Shown: one piece after another, positions 55,067 to 64,000 of the stretch
How the letters are laid out: each line of letters opens with the position of its first letter
Numbering within the stretch: the stretch's first letter is position 1
Source: a virus
Taxonomy: Duplodnaviria; Caudoviricetes
Strand: one strand, 5' to 3'
DNA: 64,000 nucleotides
IMG/VR virus record: IMGVR_UViG_3300040801_001103
Span: 10 to 64,009 of that record
Translations under genes and position numbers: made by a program
The notes under the pieces: model-generated
What the model was told of the DNA's origin: nothing
Seen by the model: the letters and a program-made list of their open reading frames with translations, nothing else
Database searches by the model: none

Positions 55067-58000
55067 TTACATCAGGGTGACTATGACTTCAATAACGGTG
55101 GACCCCGCAACGTCTGTAGATTCAATTGCCTTGCCCAGAATACGTCCTGGTGCAGCAAAGTTATTGACCGCAGCGTGACCAGCAATACCTGAACTCACCA
55201 ATATATCGCCCTGAGTTACTGGCCCGATTACTTTGCATGGTACGCGGCCTGCTAGTGCCAAGTATGGGTGCGTTTCATCATCACCAGCCTTCTTGTTCAT
55301 CATGAACGCAGGTTCTGTGGATATAACCCCAGCAAGTCTATGGTCGTTTGCGATGGTACTCTGGGTTATTTCGGCATTGCCCCCAAATACCACCACTGTG
55401 CCTTTTTCAACTGGTGCATCAATTTCATAACGCTCCGCCAAGTCAGCAAAGGTTGCTGTTGTGGCTTCACCATCAAACAGATTGGCATGCACAGTGTCCC
55501 AGTTAAGCGTGGCTGATCCAATATCTTGAGTATTATTTGCAGCTGGTAACAAGTCACCACCAGCATTGACTCTCAATAGACTGGTTGACTCAAGCGTGGT
55601 TCCGTTATAACGCAACGTCTGAGTATCTGTTCCGCCCGGGTTGGGCCCTTCGACACCCTGAATACCTTGACGTCCTTGAGTGCCTTGTGTACCAGTTGTG
55701 CCTTGTGTACCAGTTGTACCTTGTGTACCAGTTGTACCTTGACTACCAGTTGTTCCCTGAATACCTTGTACGCCTTGCTGGCCAGTTGTGCCTTGGCGAC
55801 CTTGGGTTCCTTGACTACCAGTCGTACCCTGTCGTCCTTGTGTGCCCTGGCTGCCAGTTGTACCTTGACTACCAGTTGTTCCCTGGATACCTTGTACGCC
55901 TTGTGTACCGGTTGTACCTTGGCGACCTTGGGTTCCTTGACTACCAGTCGTACCCTGTCGTCCTTGTGTTCCCTGGCTGCCAGTTGTGCCCTGTTGTCCA
56001 GTTGTGCCCTGGATGCCCTGAACACCTTGTTGTCCAGTTGTACCTTGGCTACCAGTTGTGCCTTGTCGTCCCTGTGTACCTTGTGTGCCTTGTGTACCAG
56101 TTGTGCCCTGGATGCCCTGAACACCTTGTTGTCCAGTTGTACCTTGTTGTCCAGTTGTACCTTGTTGTCCAGTCGTACCTTGTTGTCCAGTCGTACCTTG
56201 AATACCTTGAACACCTTGTAGACCTTGTTGACCGAATGTTCCCTGAGTACCTTGTGTACCAGTTGTACCTTGTTGTCCAGTTGTGCCTTGTTGTCCAGTC
56301 GTACCTTGTGTACCTTGCTGTCCAGTTGTACCTTGTTGTCCAGTCGCTCCCTGGATACCTTGAACACCCTGTTGTCCAGTCGTGCCTTGCTGTCCAGTTG
56401 TACCTTGTTGTCCTGTTGTACCTTGTGTACCTTGTTGGCCAGTTGTACCTTGTTGGCCAGTTGTACCTTGTGTACCTTGTTGACCAGTTGTACCTTGTTG
56501 GCCAGTTGTACCCTGGATGCCTTGTACACCCTGTAGTCCACCACCACCGTTAAATCCGCTGATGCCCTGGATACCTTGCGTTCCCTGTGTGCCTTGGCTT
56601 GCTTGTGTTCCTTGCAGACCTTGAGTACCCAAAATACCTTGCAGGCCCTGTCCACCAAATATACCTTGGATACCTTGAGTACCTTGAGTACCTTGAGTAC
56701 CTTGTTGACCGGTGTTGCCTTGGGTTCCTTGGGTTCCTTGCTGGCCAGTAGTGCCTTGGAGTCCTTGAATACCTTGTGAACCCAAAGTACCATCAATACC
56801 CTGAACGCCTTGAACTCCTTGTTGGCCAGTTGTTCCTTGCGCGCCTTGTAGACCCTGGGTTCCTTGGGTTCCTTGTTGACCGGTGTTGCCTTGGGTTCCT
56901 TGGGTTCCTTGCTGGCCAGTAGTGCCTTGGAGTCCTTGAATACCTTGTGAACCCAATGTACCATCAATACCCTGAACGCCTTGAACGCCCTGTGTACCTT
57001 GTGTACCTTGGGTTCCTTGTGTGCCTTGCGTTCCCTGTGTGCCTTGCGTTCCTTGCTGCCCAGTTGTGCCTTGCGTTCCTTGGAGTCCTTGGATACCTTG
57101 TGAACCCAAAGTACCATCAATACCCTGAACGCCTTGTTGGCCTGTTGTTCCTTGTGACGCTTGGGTGCCTTGAAGGCCTTGGATACCTTGAACACCTTGT
57201 ATACCATCAGTACCTTGTGTTCCCGATATTCCCTGGATACCTGGATCGCCTTCTGTTCCCTGGGTTCCTTGTGCACCCTGGGTTCCATCAAGACCGATTG
57301 TTCCCTGGCTGCCTATAATACCCTGGCGGCCTTGTGTTCCTTGTTGTCCGAACGTGCCCTGAGTACCGGTTTGCCCTTGGATACCTTGACTAGCCTGCGT
57401 TCCTTGTAGTCCCTGTGTTCCCTGAATGCCTTGAACACCTTGTGTTCCCTGAGTTCCTTGACGACCTTGTAGGCCTTGTGTGCCCTGGATGCCCTGAGTA
57501 CCTTGACGACCTTGAGTACCTTGAGTACCTTGCTGGCCCAGAGTACCCTGACTACCAGTTGTGCCTTGTGTACCAGTCTCGCCTTGTATTCCCTGAGTGC
57601 CCTGGGTACCTTGTGTGCCCTGCTGGCCCAGAGTACCCTGGCTACCAGTTGTGCCTTGAGGACCAGTATCACCTTGAATGCCTTGCTGGCCCTGGATACC
57701 TTGTTGACCCTGGGTTCCTTGAGTGCCTTGAGTACCTTGTTGGCCAGTTGTGCCTTGTAGTCCCTGGAAACCAGTAGAACCCTGAAGTCCTTGTTGACCA
57801 GTTGTGCCTTGTCGTCCTTGAGCTCCTTGTGTACCTTGTTGTCCGAATGTACCTTGTGTTCCCTGAATACCTTGCGTACCTTGTGTACCCTGGCGTCCTT
57901 GTGTGCCTTGTGCACCAGTGTCGCCCTGAATACCTTGTGTACCAGTATTTCCCTGAAGTCCTTGAGTGCCTTGTGTTCCTTGCAGGCCCTGTGTGCCTTG

Positions 58001-59401
58001 TTGGCCTGTTGTACCCTGACGACCTTGACTTCCCTGAGTGCCTTGTAATCCCTGAGTGCCTTGTAATCCCTGAGTACCTTGCAGACCTTGGATGCCCTGT
58101 CGTCCTTGGCGTCCTTGCAGGCCCTGTGTGCCTTGCAGACCTTGACGACCCTGTGATCCCTGGGTGCCTTGTGTGCCCTGCTGGCCCTGTGATCCTTGTA
58201 GTCCTTGTGTTCCTTGCAGTCCTTGAGTACCTTGTGTTCCCTGAGTACCTTGAGTACCTTGCTGTCCAGTTGTACCCTGACGACCTTGAGTGCCTTGTGT
58301 TCCCTGCAAGCCTTGTGTACCAGTATCTCCTTGGATACCTTGTTGCCCTTGAGTGCCTTGCAGGCCTTGTGTGCCCTGGCTTCCTTGTGTACCAGTCTCA
58401 CCTTGGATTCCCTGAGTACCTTGTGTTCCCTGAGTACCTTGTGTACCTTGGAGTCCTTGCTGACCCTGCAGACCTTGTTGACCAAATGTTCCCTGAGTAC
58501 CTTGAGTACCTTGTTGTCCAGTTGTTCCCTGTCGTCCTTGGCTGCCCTGAGTACCTTGGATACCCTGTGCTGCCTGTGTTCCCTGACGTCCTTGTGTGCC
58601 TTGGGTACCTTGAATTCCTTGTGTACCTTGTAGACCTTGTTGACCAAATGTTCCCTGAGTACCTTGAGTACCTTGTTGTCCTGTTGTTCCCTGTCGTCCT
58701 TGGCTGCCTTGAATACCGGTATCGCCCTGTATGCCCTGGGTGCCTTGCAGACCCTGGGTACCTTGTTGTCCGTTTGTTCCTTGAGTACCAGTGTTACCCT
58801 GGGTTCCTTGAGTACCTTGTGTCCCCTGGCTTCCTTGTAGACCTTGCGTTCCTTGTATGCCCTGGATGCCTTGCACACCTTGAGTGCCCTGGATGCCTTG
58901 AATGCCCTGGGTACCTTGTGTACCTTGACGACCCTGTGTACCTTGCTGGCCTTGTATTCCTTGTGACGCTTGAGTTCCTTGAAGTCCTTGTGTTCCTTGG
59001 ATACCCTGCAGGCCTTGTATTCCCTGGTTTCCTTGTGTGCCTTGGCTACCGGTTGTACCTTGGCGTCCTTGGCTACCCTGGATGCCTTGGTTACCTTGTA
59101 TGCCCACAGAGCCTTGAGTACCAACTGTTCCTTGTCGTCCTTGTGTGCCTTGGGTTCCTTGTGTACCTTGAGTGCCTTGTAGTCCTTGGATACCCTGAAT
59201 GCCCTGGGTTCCTTGTGGGCCTTGGAGACCCTGCTGTCCTTGTACGCCTTGCTGACCTTGAATGCCTTGAGTGCCTTGTGGGCCCTGAGGACCAATCAGA
59301 CCCTGCACACCCTGTCCGCCGCCACCCTGGATTCCCTGGATACCTTGAATACCCTGGTTACCCACGTAGGTGTTATTTAGAAAGTCACTTAAATTAGACA
59401 T
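55067..59401 (-). CDS. Collagen-like fibre protein with C-terminal intramolecular-chaperone (peptidase G2-like) domain
   Basis: ~1240 residues of Gly-X-Y (mostly [15 protein letters not shown]); ADLAERY...GTVV...GV.ST.P...L.GRVPCKV.G...GD.L. Confidence 0.9.
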   Translation of the reverse strand: MSNLSDFLNNTYVGNQGIQGIQGIQGGGGQGVQGLIGPQGPQGTQGIQGQQGVQGQQGLQGPQGTQGIQGIQGLQGTQGTQGTQGTQGRQGTVGTQGSVGIQGNQGIQGSQGRQGTTGSQGTQGNQGIQGLQGIQGTQGLQGTQASQGIQGQQGTQGRQGTQGTQGIQGIQGTQGVQGIQGIQGTQGLQGSQGTQGTQGTQGNTGTQGTNGQQGTQGLQGTQGIQGDTGIQGSQGRQGTTGQQGTQGTQGTFGQQGLQGTQGIQGTQGTQGRQGTQAAQGIQGTQGSQGRQGTTGQQGTQGTQGTFGQQGLQGQQGLQGTQGTQGTQGTQGIQGETGTQGSQGTQGLQGTQGQQGIQGDTGTQGLQGTQGTQGRQGTTGQQGTQGTQGTQGTQGLQGTQGLQGSQGQQGTQGTQGSQGRQGLQGTQGLQGRQGRQGIQGLQGTQGLQGTQGLQGTQGSQGRQGTTGQQGTQGLQGTQGTQGLQGNTGTQGIQGDTGAQGTQGRQGTQGTQGIQGTQGTFGQQGTQGAQGRQGTTGQQGLQGSTGFQGLQGTTGQQGTQGTQGTQGQQGIQGQQGIQGDTGPQGTTGSQGTLGQQGTQGTQGTQGIQGETGTQGTTGSQGTLGQQGTQGTQGRQGTQGIQGTQGLQGRQGTQGTQGVQGIQGTQGLQGTQASQGIQGQTGTQGTFGQQGTQGRQGIIGSQGTIGLDGTQGAQGTQGTEGDPGIQGISGTQGTDGIQGVQGIQGLQGTQASQGTTGQQGVQGIDGTLGSQGIQGLQGTQGTTGQQGTQGTQGTQGTQGTQGTQGTQGVQGVQGIDGTLGSQGIQGLQGTTGQQGTQGTQGNTGQQGTQGTQGLQGAQGTTGQQGVQGVQGIDGTLGSQGIQGLQGTTGQQGTQGTQGNTGQQGTQGTQGTQGIQGIFGGQGLQGILGTQGLQGTQASQGTQGTQGIQGISGFNGGGGLQGVQGIQGTTGQQGTTGQQGTQGTTGQQGTTGQQGTQGTTGQQGTTGQQGTTGQQGVQGIQGATGQQGTTGQQGTQGTTGQQGTTGQQGTTGTQGTQGTFGQQGLQGVQGIQGTTGQQGTTGQQGTTGQQGTTGQQGVQGIQGTTGTQGTQGTQGRQGTTGSQGTTGQQGVQGIQGTTGQQGTTGSQGTQGRQGTTGSQGTQGRQGTTGTQGVQGIQGTTGSQGTTGSQGTQGRQGTTGSQGTQGRQGTTGQQGVQGIQGTTGSQGTTGTQGTTGTQGTTGTQGTQGRQGIQGVEGPNPGGTDTQTLRYNGTTLESTSLLRVNAGGDLLPAANNTQDIGSATLNWDTVHANLFDGEATTATFADLAERYEIDAPVEKGTVVVFGGNAEITQSTIANDHRLAGVISTEPAFMMNKKAGDDETHPYLALAGRVPCKVIGPVTQGDILVSSGIAGHAAVNNFAAPGRILGKAIESTDVAGSTVIEVIVTLM
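55645..59360 (-). repeat. 9-bp periodic collagen-coding repeat
   Basis: Recurrent ccttg/ccctg every 9 nt on plus strand. Confidence 0.95.
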
Positions 59402-59424
59402 ACATTATAATTCTCTATTTCCTC

Positions 59425-59432
59425 TATTTATC
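59425..59432 (-). promoter_or_regulatory. Late promoter (GATAAATA)
   Basis: Followed by GAGG and ATG 59401. Confidence 0.65.
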
Positions 59433-59441
59433 CTTTAGAAA

Positions 59442-59936
59442 CTACGCGGCGGTATAGTTAATGCGGCACCGTAATGCATTAAATGTATCGACTCTGTTGA
59501 GTTCCACGTTGGGGTTTACTATGCGCAATTCAACTCCAAAAGCGGGTATACGCACATCATACGGTGTAGGGGTGAGACCCCACAGTTCAAACAACCCACC
59601 GCGTGTTGCCACACTCAAAAGATCATTTGCTGGAAACGGACTGCTTACTGTTCCAGCGTGTATCCAAACTGACAGTGTGTCATCACCTATTGGGTCGAGT
59701 ATCTCTACTTCGATTCCGTCTACACTTACAGCGTCTACAGGAACACCGCCCGCAGTGTCAAATCCAAAACCAGTCCAACGACGTCGGTCTGTTGCGCCAC
59801 CAAACTTTACCAAGGTTCCAGTTGATACCAGATTGATATCATCTGCATAGGCGTTTTCAGGGTTAACCCATCGTGTTTCGCCGTTGGCAAAATACATTTC
59901 ACTAGCCGTAGGGTATTTCCAATCAGTCCATGTCAT
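59442..59936 (-). CDS. Hypothetical beta-rich virion protein
   Basis: W.NP.NA..DD, GFGF...P, GIEV, GG...LWG; ATGA overlap. Confidence 0.6.
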   Translation of the reverse strand: MTWTDWKYPTASEMYFANGETRWVNPENAYADDINLVSTGTLVKFGGATDRRRWTGFGFDTAGGVPVDAVSVDGIEVEILDPIGDDTLSVWIHAGTVSSPFPANDLLSVATRGGLFELWGLTPTPYDVRIPAFGVELRIVNPNVELNRVDTFNALRCRINYTAA

Positions 59937-60499
59937 CCGTAAAGTGCCGTCCAGTCTCGTTGTTGGCTTGCTTCTGCGTATCCTTCTAAAGGAAAGGAAA
60001 ACAAGAAGCCAGGTATATAGTTTGCATCCACTGTGGTCTGAACTCCTGCTGGCAGGGTGTTACCAAACAAGTACTTACACATGGTTGCCGTGCGCGAATT
60101 TTCCGCGCAAATGTTCAAAATTTCCATTTGTACATCTGCGTTGCATCTGATGTACAATTCATGATGTGCGATTGCCCAACTAAATGTGGCTGCCATTCTG
60201 GGGAATGGCTCCCGTAGTTCCAAACATTCGCTAACGATAATAGTGTTGCTGGGCACATCGGCATTGTCCATCATGACTTCACACACAGTGAGCCAGTGGC
60301 AAGGAGGAGCAATATTGGATATAAGTCCTTCAGCGTTGGCTGTCTGATATAAATCCATCATGACATTCCATGCGCCATCATCCATGCCCCACTTGTGTCC
60401 TGGAGTATAGCCGGTATCATATGACAAGTACTCAGCCTTGTGATCCAAGTTCATGGCTTCACCGGCTATCTCATACCAATTTAAACTTATGTTAGCCAT
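59933..60499 (-). CDS. Hypothetical protein
   Basis: Start re-assigned to MANISL (TAATG overlap with collagen gene stop). Confidence 0.6.
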   Translation of the reverse strand: MANISLNWYEIAGEAMNLDHKAEYLSYDTGYTPGHKWGMDDGAWNVMMDLYQTANAEGLISNIAPPCHWLTVCEVMMDNADVPSNTIIVSECLELREPFPRMAATFSWAIAHHELYIRCNADVQMEILNICAENSRTATMCKYLFGNTLPAGVQTTVDANYIPGFLFSFPLEGYAEASQQRDWTALYG

Positions 60500-63400
60500 T
60501 ATACGGAAGTGTCTACCCAAATGTCGCCAACCGATGGCCCTGGTGGCGGTGTTGAGCTCACTGTTACCAGACTGTTAAGTCCATCAGTACCTTGGATACC
60601 CTGGATGCCTTGTATGCTGACCCCTTGAAGTCCTTGGTTACCAAATATACCTTGCAGGCCGGTGCTTCCCTGGATGCCTTGCACGTTAGCGTCTGTGCCT
60701 TGTGTACCGGTGATTCCTTGGATACCTTGGCGTCCTTGTGTACCCTGTATGCCTTGTTGACCGAAAGTACCTTGTAGTCCGTCATTACCACCTGTTCCCT
60801 GGGTACCTTGTCGTCCCTGAATACCCTGTTGCCCAAGTAATCCTTGTGTGCCTTGCGTACCAGTTTGACCTTGTGTACCGGTTGTGCCCTGACTACCAGT
60901 TGTGCCTTGAAGTCCTTGCACGCCTTGGGAACCAGTTGTACCTTGACGCCCTTGCGTTCCTTGTGAACCCACTGCGCCTTGAACACCGTCCTCACCAGCA
61001 GTACCCTGAATACCCAGTACACCTTGTAGACCGCGTGAGCCTTGTGCACCTTGTGATCCAGCGATACCACTAGTACCTTGTGATCCAGTATTACCAGTTG
61101 TGCCTTGGAGTCCTTGTGAACCTTGTGTACCAGTTGTGCCTTGTGTACCGTTTGTACCGCCCGTGCCTTGCAGGCCCTGTTGTCCAGTAGTGCCTTGACG
61201 TCCTTGTGTTCCTTGGCTGCCCTGTGTGCCAGTTGTACCCTGTGATCCATCATTACCAGCAGTACCTTGAGAGCCTGTTGCACCCAAGATACCCTGTGTG
61301 CCTTGAATACCTTGTTGTCCGAACGTGCCTTGTGTTCCTTGACGGCCTTGTGTTCCTTGCAGTCCATTAGCGCCCTGGACGCCAAATGTTCCTTGGATGC
61401 CTTGACTACCAGTCTGGCCCTGAGCGCCTTGCAAACCCTGATTACCCTGTAGTCCAGTAGTTCCCTGAATACCTTGAGAACCCTGTGTGCCAGTTGTACC
61501 TTGTAATCCATCGTTACCAGCAGTACCTTGCGACCCAAGCGTTCCTTGAATACCCTGAGTGCCCTGGATACCTTGTGTACCAGTTGTTCCTTGTGTACCC
61601 TGGCGGCCTTGTGTTCCCTGGAGTCCTTGTAATCCCTGGGCACCTTGTATACCATCAGTTCCTTGTAGGCCCTGAATTCCCTGGCGGCCTTGTGTTCCCT
61701 GGGTACCTTGGGTTCCTTGTTGGCCGTCAGTACCCTGCGCACCAATAGTACCAGTTTGTCCTTGTGAACCCGTTGTTCCCTGAGTACCCTGACTACCAAT
61801 TATTCCCTGTGTACCTTGAATGCCTTGCTGGCCCGTTGTTCCCTGGCGTCCTTGTGTGCCTTGGATACCTTGTGTACCTTGCTGTCCAAACGTTCCTTGC
61901 GTACCAGTGCTACCTTGAGTACCCTGGTTACCAGTTGTGCCTTGCGAGCCAGTAGTTCCTTGGATACCCTGGGTGCCTTGGATGCCTTGTGTTCCTTGAC
62001 GTCCTTGCGTACCCTGGTTACCAGTTGTGCCTTGTGTACCTTGTGTACCTTGCAGGCCCTGAATTCCTTGAGTACCTTGGGTGCCTTGGATACCCTGGAG
62101 TCCTTGTGTGCCTTGGCTTCCTTGTAAGCCGTCTGTACCTTGTGTACCAGTGTTGCCTTGGGTGCCTTGAGTACCTTGACGTCCTTGTGCACCCTGGCTG
62201 CCTTGTATGCCCTGCACACCTTGTTGACCAAATGTACCTTGAGTTCCTTGGGTACCCTGACTACCAGTTGTTCCTTGGCGTCCCTGGGTTCCTTGTATTC
62301 CTTGCTGACCAAAGTTACCCTGAATGCCTTGTGATCCAGTTGTGCCCTGTCGTCCTTGGCTTCCTTGGGTGCCTTGTGTTCCTTGCGTACCCTGTGTGCC
62401 TTGCTGGCCCTGAAGACCTTGCTGGCCTTGGATACCCTGGATACCCTGAGTACCTTGAGTTCCTTGGGTACCTTGAGTACCTTGAGTACCTTGAGTTCCT
62501 TGTATGCCCTGGGTGCCTTGAGTGCCTTGTTGGCCTTGTATGCCTTGGATACCTTGTCCAGTTATACCCTGAATACCCTGTTGGCCAAAGTTACCTTGAA
62601 CACCTTGTATACCAGCACCATCTGCGCCTTGTATTCCTTGCAATCCTAGACGACCAACGTTAGCCGTAACCTGCCAGGTGCTACCATCCCATACAAAACG
62701 CACCTCAGTATCCTGTACATCAAGTACAAGCTCATGTGTTTGGCTTTCAATTGTATTGCCGTTAGGCGAGACGTTGACACTGACATTACTAAAATCGTCA
62801 CCATCATAAATCCATATTGCATCACCAATTACTGGAGCGGATGGCAAATCAATCGTAAAAGGTGTACCCTCAGGATCAGCAATAATAGCATCTTGTGGGT
62901 TAGCAGTGTATGCACTTGTTATGCGGATATAACGGAATGTAATACCTTGCAGACCTTGTATGCCCTGGATACCTTGCAGACCCTGTGTTCCTTGAACGCC
63001 TTGCAGACCTTGTATGCCCTGGATACCTTGAGATCCACCAATTCCTTGTGCCCCGGTTATTCCTTGCTGTCCGGTTATTCCTTGAGTTCCTTGGATACCC
63101 TGAACACCTTGTGTTCCTTGAACGCCTTGAATACCTTGAACGCCTTGAGTACCCTGGATGCCTTGAACACCTTGAATGCCTTGAGTACCCTGGATGCCTT
63201 GAACACCTTGAACGCCTTGCTGTCCAGTTATACCCTGGATGCCTTGCAGGCCCTGTGTGCCTTGAATTCCCTGTACACCCTGGTTGCCTTGAGTTCCTTG
63301 GACACCCTGGATTCCCTGAATGCCTTGAGTTCCCTGTACGCCTTGAATGCCTTGAACGCCTTGTATTCCCTGTACGCCCTGCGTTCCTTGAACGCCTTGT

Positions 63401-64000
63401 ATTCCCTGTACGCCCTGCGCTCCTTGAACGCCTTGTATTCCCTGTACGCCCTGCGTTCCTTGAACGCCTTGAATGCCTTGAACGCCTTGCGTGCCTTGAA
63501 CGCCTTGCGTTCCTTGAACGCCTTGCGTTCCTTGAACGCCTTGAATGCCTTGAACGCCTTGCGTTCCTTGAACGCCTTGAACACCTTGAACGCCTTGTGT
63601 GCCCTGTGTTCCTTGCAGACCCTGTGTTCCTTGCAATCCCTGGGTGCCCTGTGTTCCTTGCAATCCCTGGATACCTTGGGTACCTTGAGTTCCTTGAACA
63701 CCTTGAATTCCTTGAGTGCCCTGGATACCCTGTGTACCTTGAACACCTTGAATTCCTTGGATGCCTTGCGTTCCTTGAACACCTTGAATACCCTGGATGC
63801 CTTGCAGTCCCTGTGTTCCTTGAACACCTTGAATACCCTGGATGCCTTGGATACCTTGCGTTCCCTGCAAGCCCTGAGTTCCCTGGAGTCCTTGTATTCC
63901 TTGGATTCCTTGGATACCTTGTTGGCCCTGAATGCCTTGGATGCCTTGCAGGCCCTGTGTTCCTTGGATTCCCTGTACGCCTTGGATACCTTGTTGGCCC
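60499..64000 (-). CDS. Collagen-like fibre protein 2 (partial; start beyond right edge)
   Basis: Gly-X-Gln frame stays open from 63870 to 64000; ~90-aa globular insert at ~62670-62940; ends [16 protein letters not shown]. Confidence 0.9.
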   Translation of the reverse strand, partial: GQQGIQGVQGIQGTQGLQGIQGIQGQQGIQGIQGIQGLQGTQGLQGTQGIQGIQGIQGVQGTQGLQGIQGIQGVQGTQGIQGIQGVQGTQGIQGTQGIQGVQGTQGTQGIQGLQGTQGTQGLQGTQGLQGTQGTQGVQGVQGVQGTQGVQGIQGVQGTQGVQGTQGVQGTQGVQGIQGVQGTQGVQGIQGVQGAQGVQGIQGVQGTQGVQGIQGVQGIQGVQGTQGIQGIQGVQGTQGNQGVQGIQGTQGLQGIQGITGQQGVQGVQGIQGTQGIQGVQGIQGTQGVQGIQGVQGTQGVQGIQGTQGITGQQGITGAQGIGGSQGIQGIQGLQGVQGTQGLQGIQGIQGLQGITFRYIRITSAYTANPQDAIIADPEGTPFTIDLPSAPVIGDAIWIYDGDDFSNVSVNVSPNGNTIESQTHELVLDVQDTEVRFVWDGSTWQVTANVGRLGLQGIQGADGAGIQGVQGNFGQQGIQGITGQGIQGIQGQQGTQGTQGIQGTQGTQGTQGTQGTQGTQGIQGIQGQQGLQGQQGTQGTQGTQGTQGSQGRQGTTGSQGIQGNFGQQGIQGTQGRQGTTGSQGTQGTQGTFGQQGVQGIQGSQGAQGRQGTQGTQGNTGTQGTDGLQGSQGTQGLQGIQGTQGTQGIQGLQGTQGTQGTTGNQGTQGRQGTQGIQGTQGIQGTTGSQGTTGNQGTQGSTGTQGTFGQQGTQGIQGTQGRQGTTGQQGIQGTQGIIGSQGTQGTTGSQGQTGTIGAQGTDGQQGTQGTQGTQGRQGIQGLQGTDGIQGAQGLQGLQGTQGRQGTQGTTGTQGIQGTQGIQGTLGSQGTAGNDGLQGTTGTQGSQGIQGTTGLQGNQGLQGAQGQTGSQGIQGTFGVQGANGLQGTQGRQGTQGTFGQQGIQGTQGILGATGSQGTAGNDGSQGTTGTQGSQGTQGRQGTTGQQGLQGTGGTNGTQGTTGTQGSQGLQGTTGNTGSQGTSGIAGSQGAQGSRGLQGVLGIQGTAGEDGVQGAVGSQGTQGRQGTTGSQGVQGLQGTTGSQGTTGTQGQTGTQGTQGLLGQQGIQGRQGTQGTGGNDGLQGTFGQQGIQGTQGRQGIQGITGTQGTDANVQGIQGSTGLQGIFGNQGLQGVSIQGIQGIQGTDGLNSLVTVSSTPPPGPSVGDIWVDTSV

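Noticed and set aside
55573-63827. Long K/V/R-rich and L/V/C-rich ORFs in other frames and strand
   Set aside because: Artefacts of 9-bp collagen periodicity
55645-64000. CRISPR array or DGR-like repeats
   Set aside because: Repeats are codon-level Gly-X-Y with no spacer structure; no cas or reverse transcriptase in the window
1-64000. Stop-codon reassignment
   Set aside because: Core genes are full length in code 11 and TAA, TGA and TAG all end genes
1-64000. tRNA or rRNA genes
   Set aside because: No cloverleaf or T-loop pattern seen in the short intergenic spaces; tRNAscan-SE would confirm

Overview
The window is a gene-dense (code 11) segment of a large T4-related myovirus genome, probably a jumbo phage of a proteobacterial host (inferred from sigma70 promoters, IHF-consensus sites and a T4-type lysozyme). 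Left to right: virion surface/fibre genes sharing a C-terminal R(N/T)YxNP tag; thyX; a cassette of 2 sulfotransferase-like and 4 SAM-methyltransferase genes; small Cys-rich ORFs; uvsW, an AAA+ ATPase and early genes; uvsY, uvsX, gp32; a terminase large subunit fractured into two genes joined by an atypically split intein (31-aa IntN, ~112-aa IntC) with an HNH/NUMOD3 endonuclease between them; head completion, tube, sheath, dNMP kinase, neck, lysozyme, gp15, Nudix; and, at the right end, two very long proline-poor Gly-X-Gln collagen-like fibre genes followed by glycan-processing genes, a 2OG-Fe(II) oxygenase, heme oxygenase and a PcyA/PcyX-type bilin reductase. Regulatory grammar is readable: TTGACA-N16 early promoters with IHF boxes, and NATAAATA late promoters, several exactly 5 nt from a start codon. 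All family assignments are from motif recognition by eye; no database search was run.
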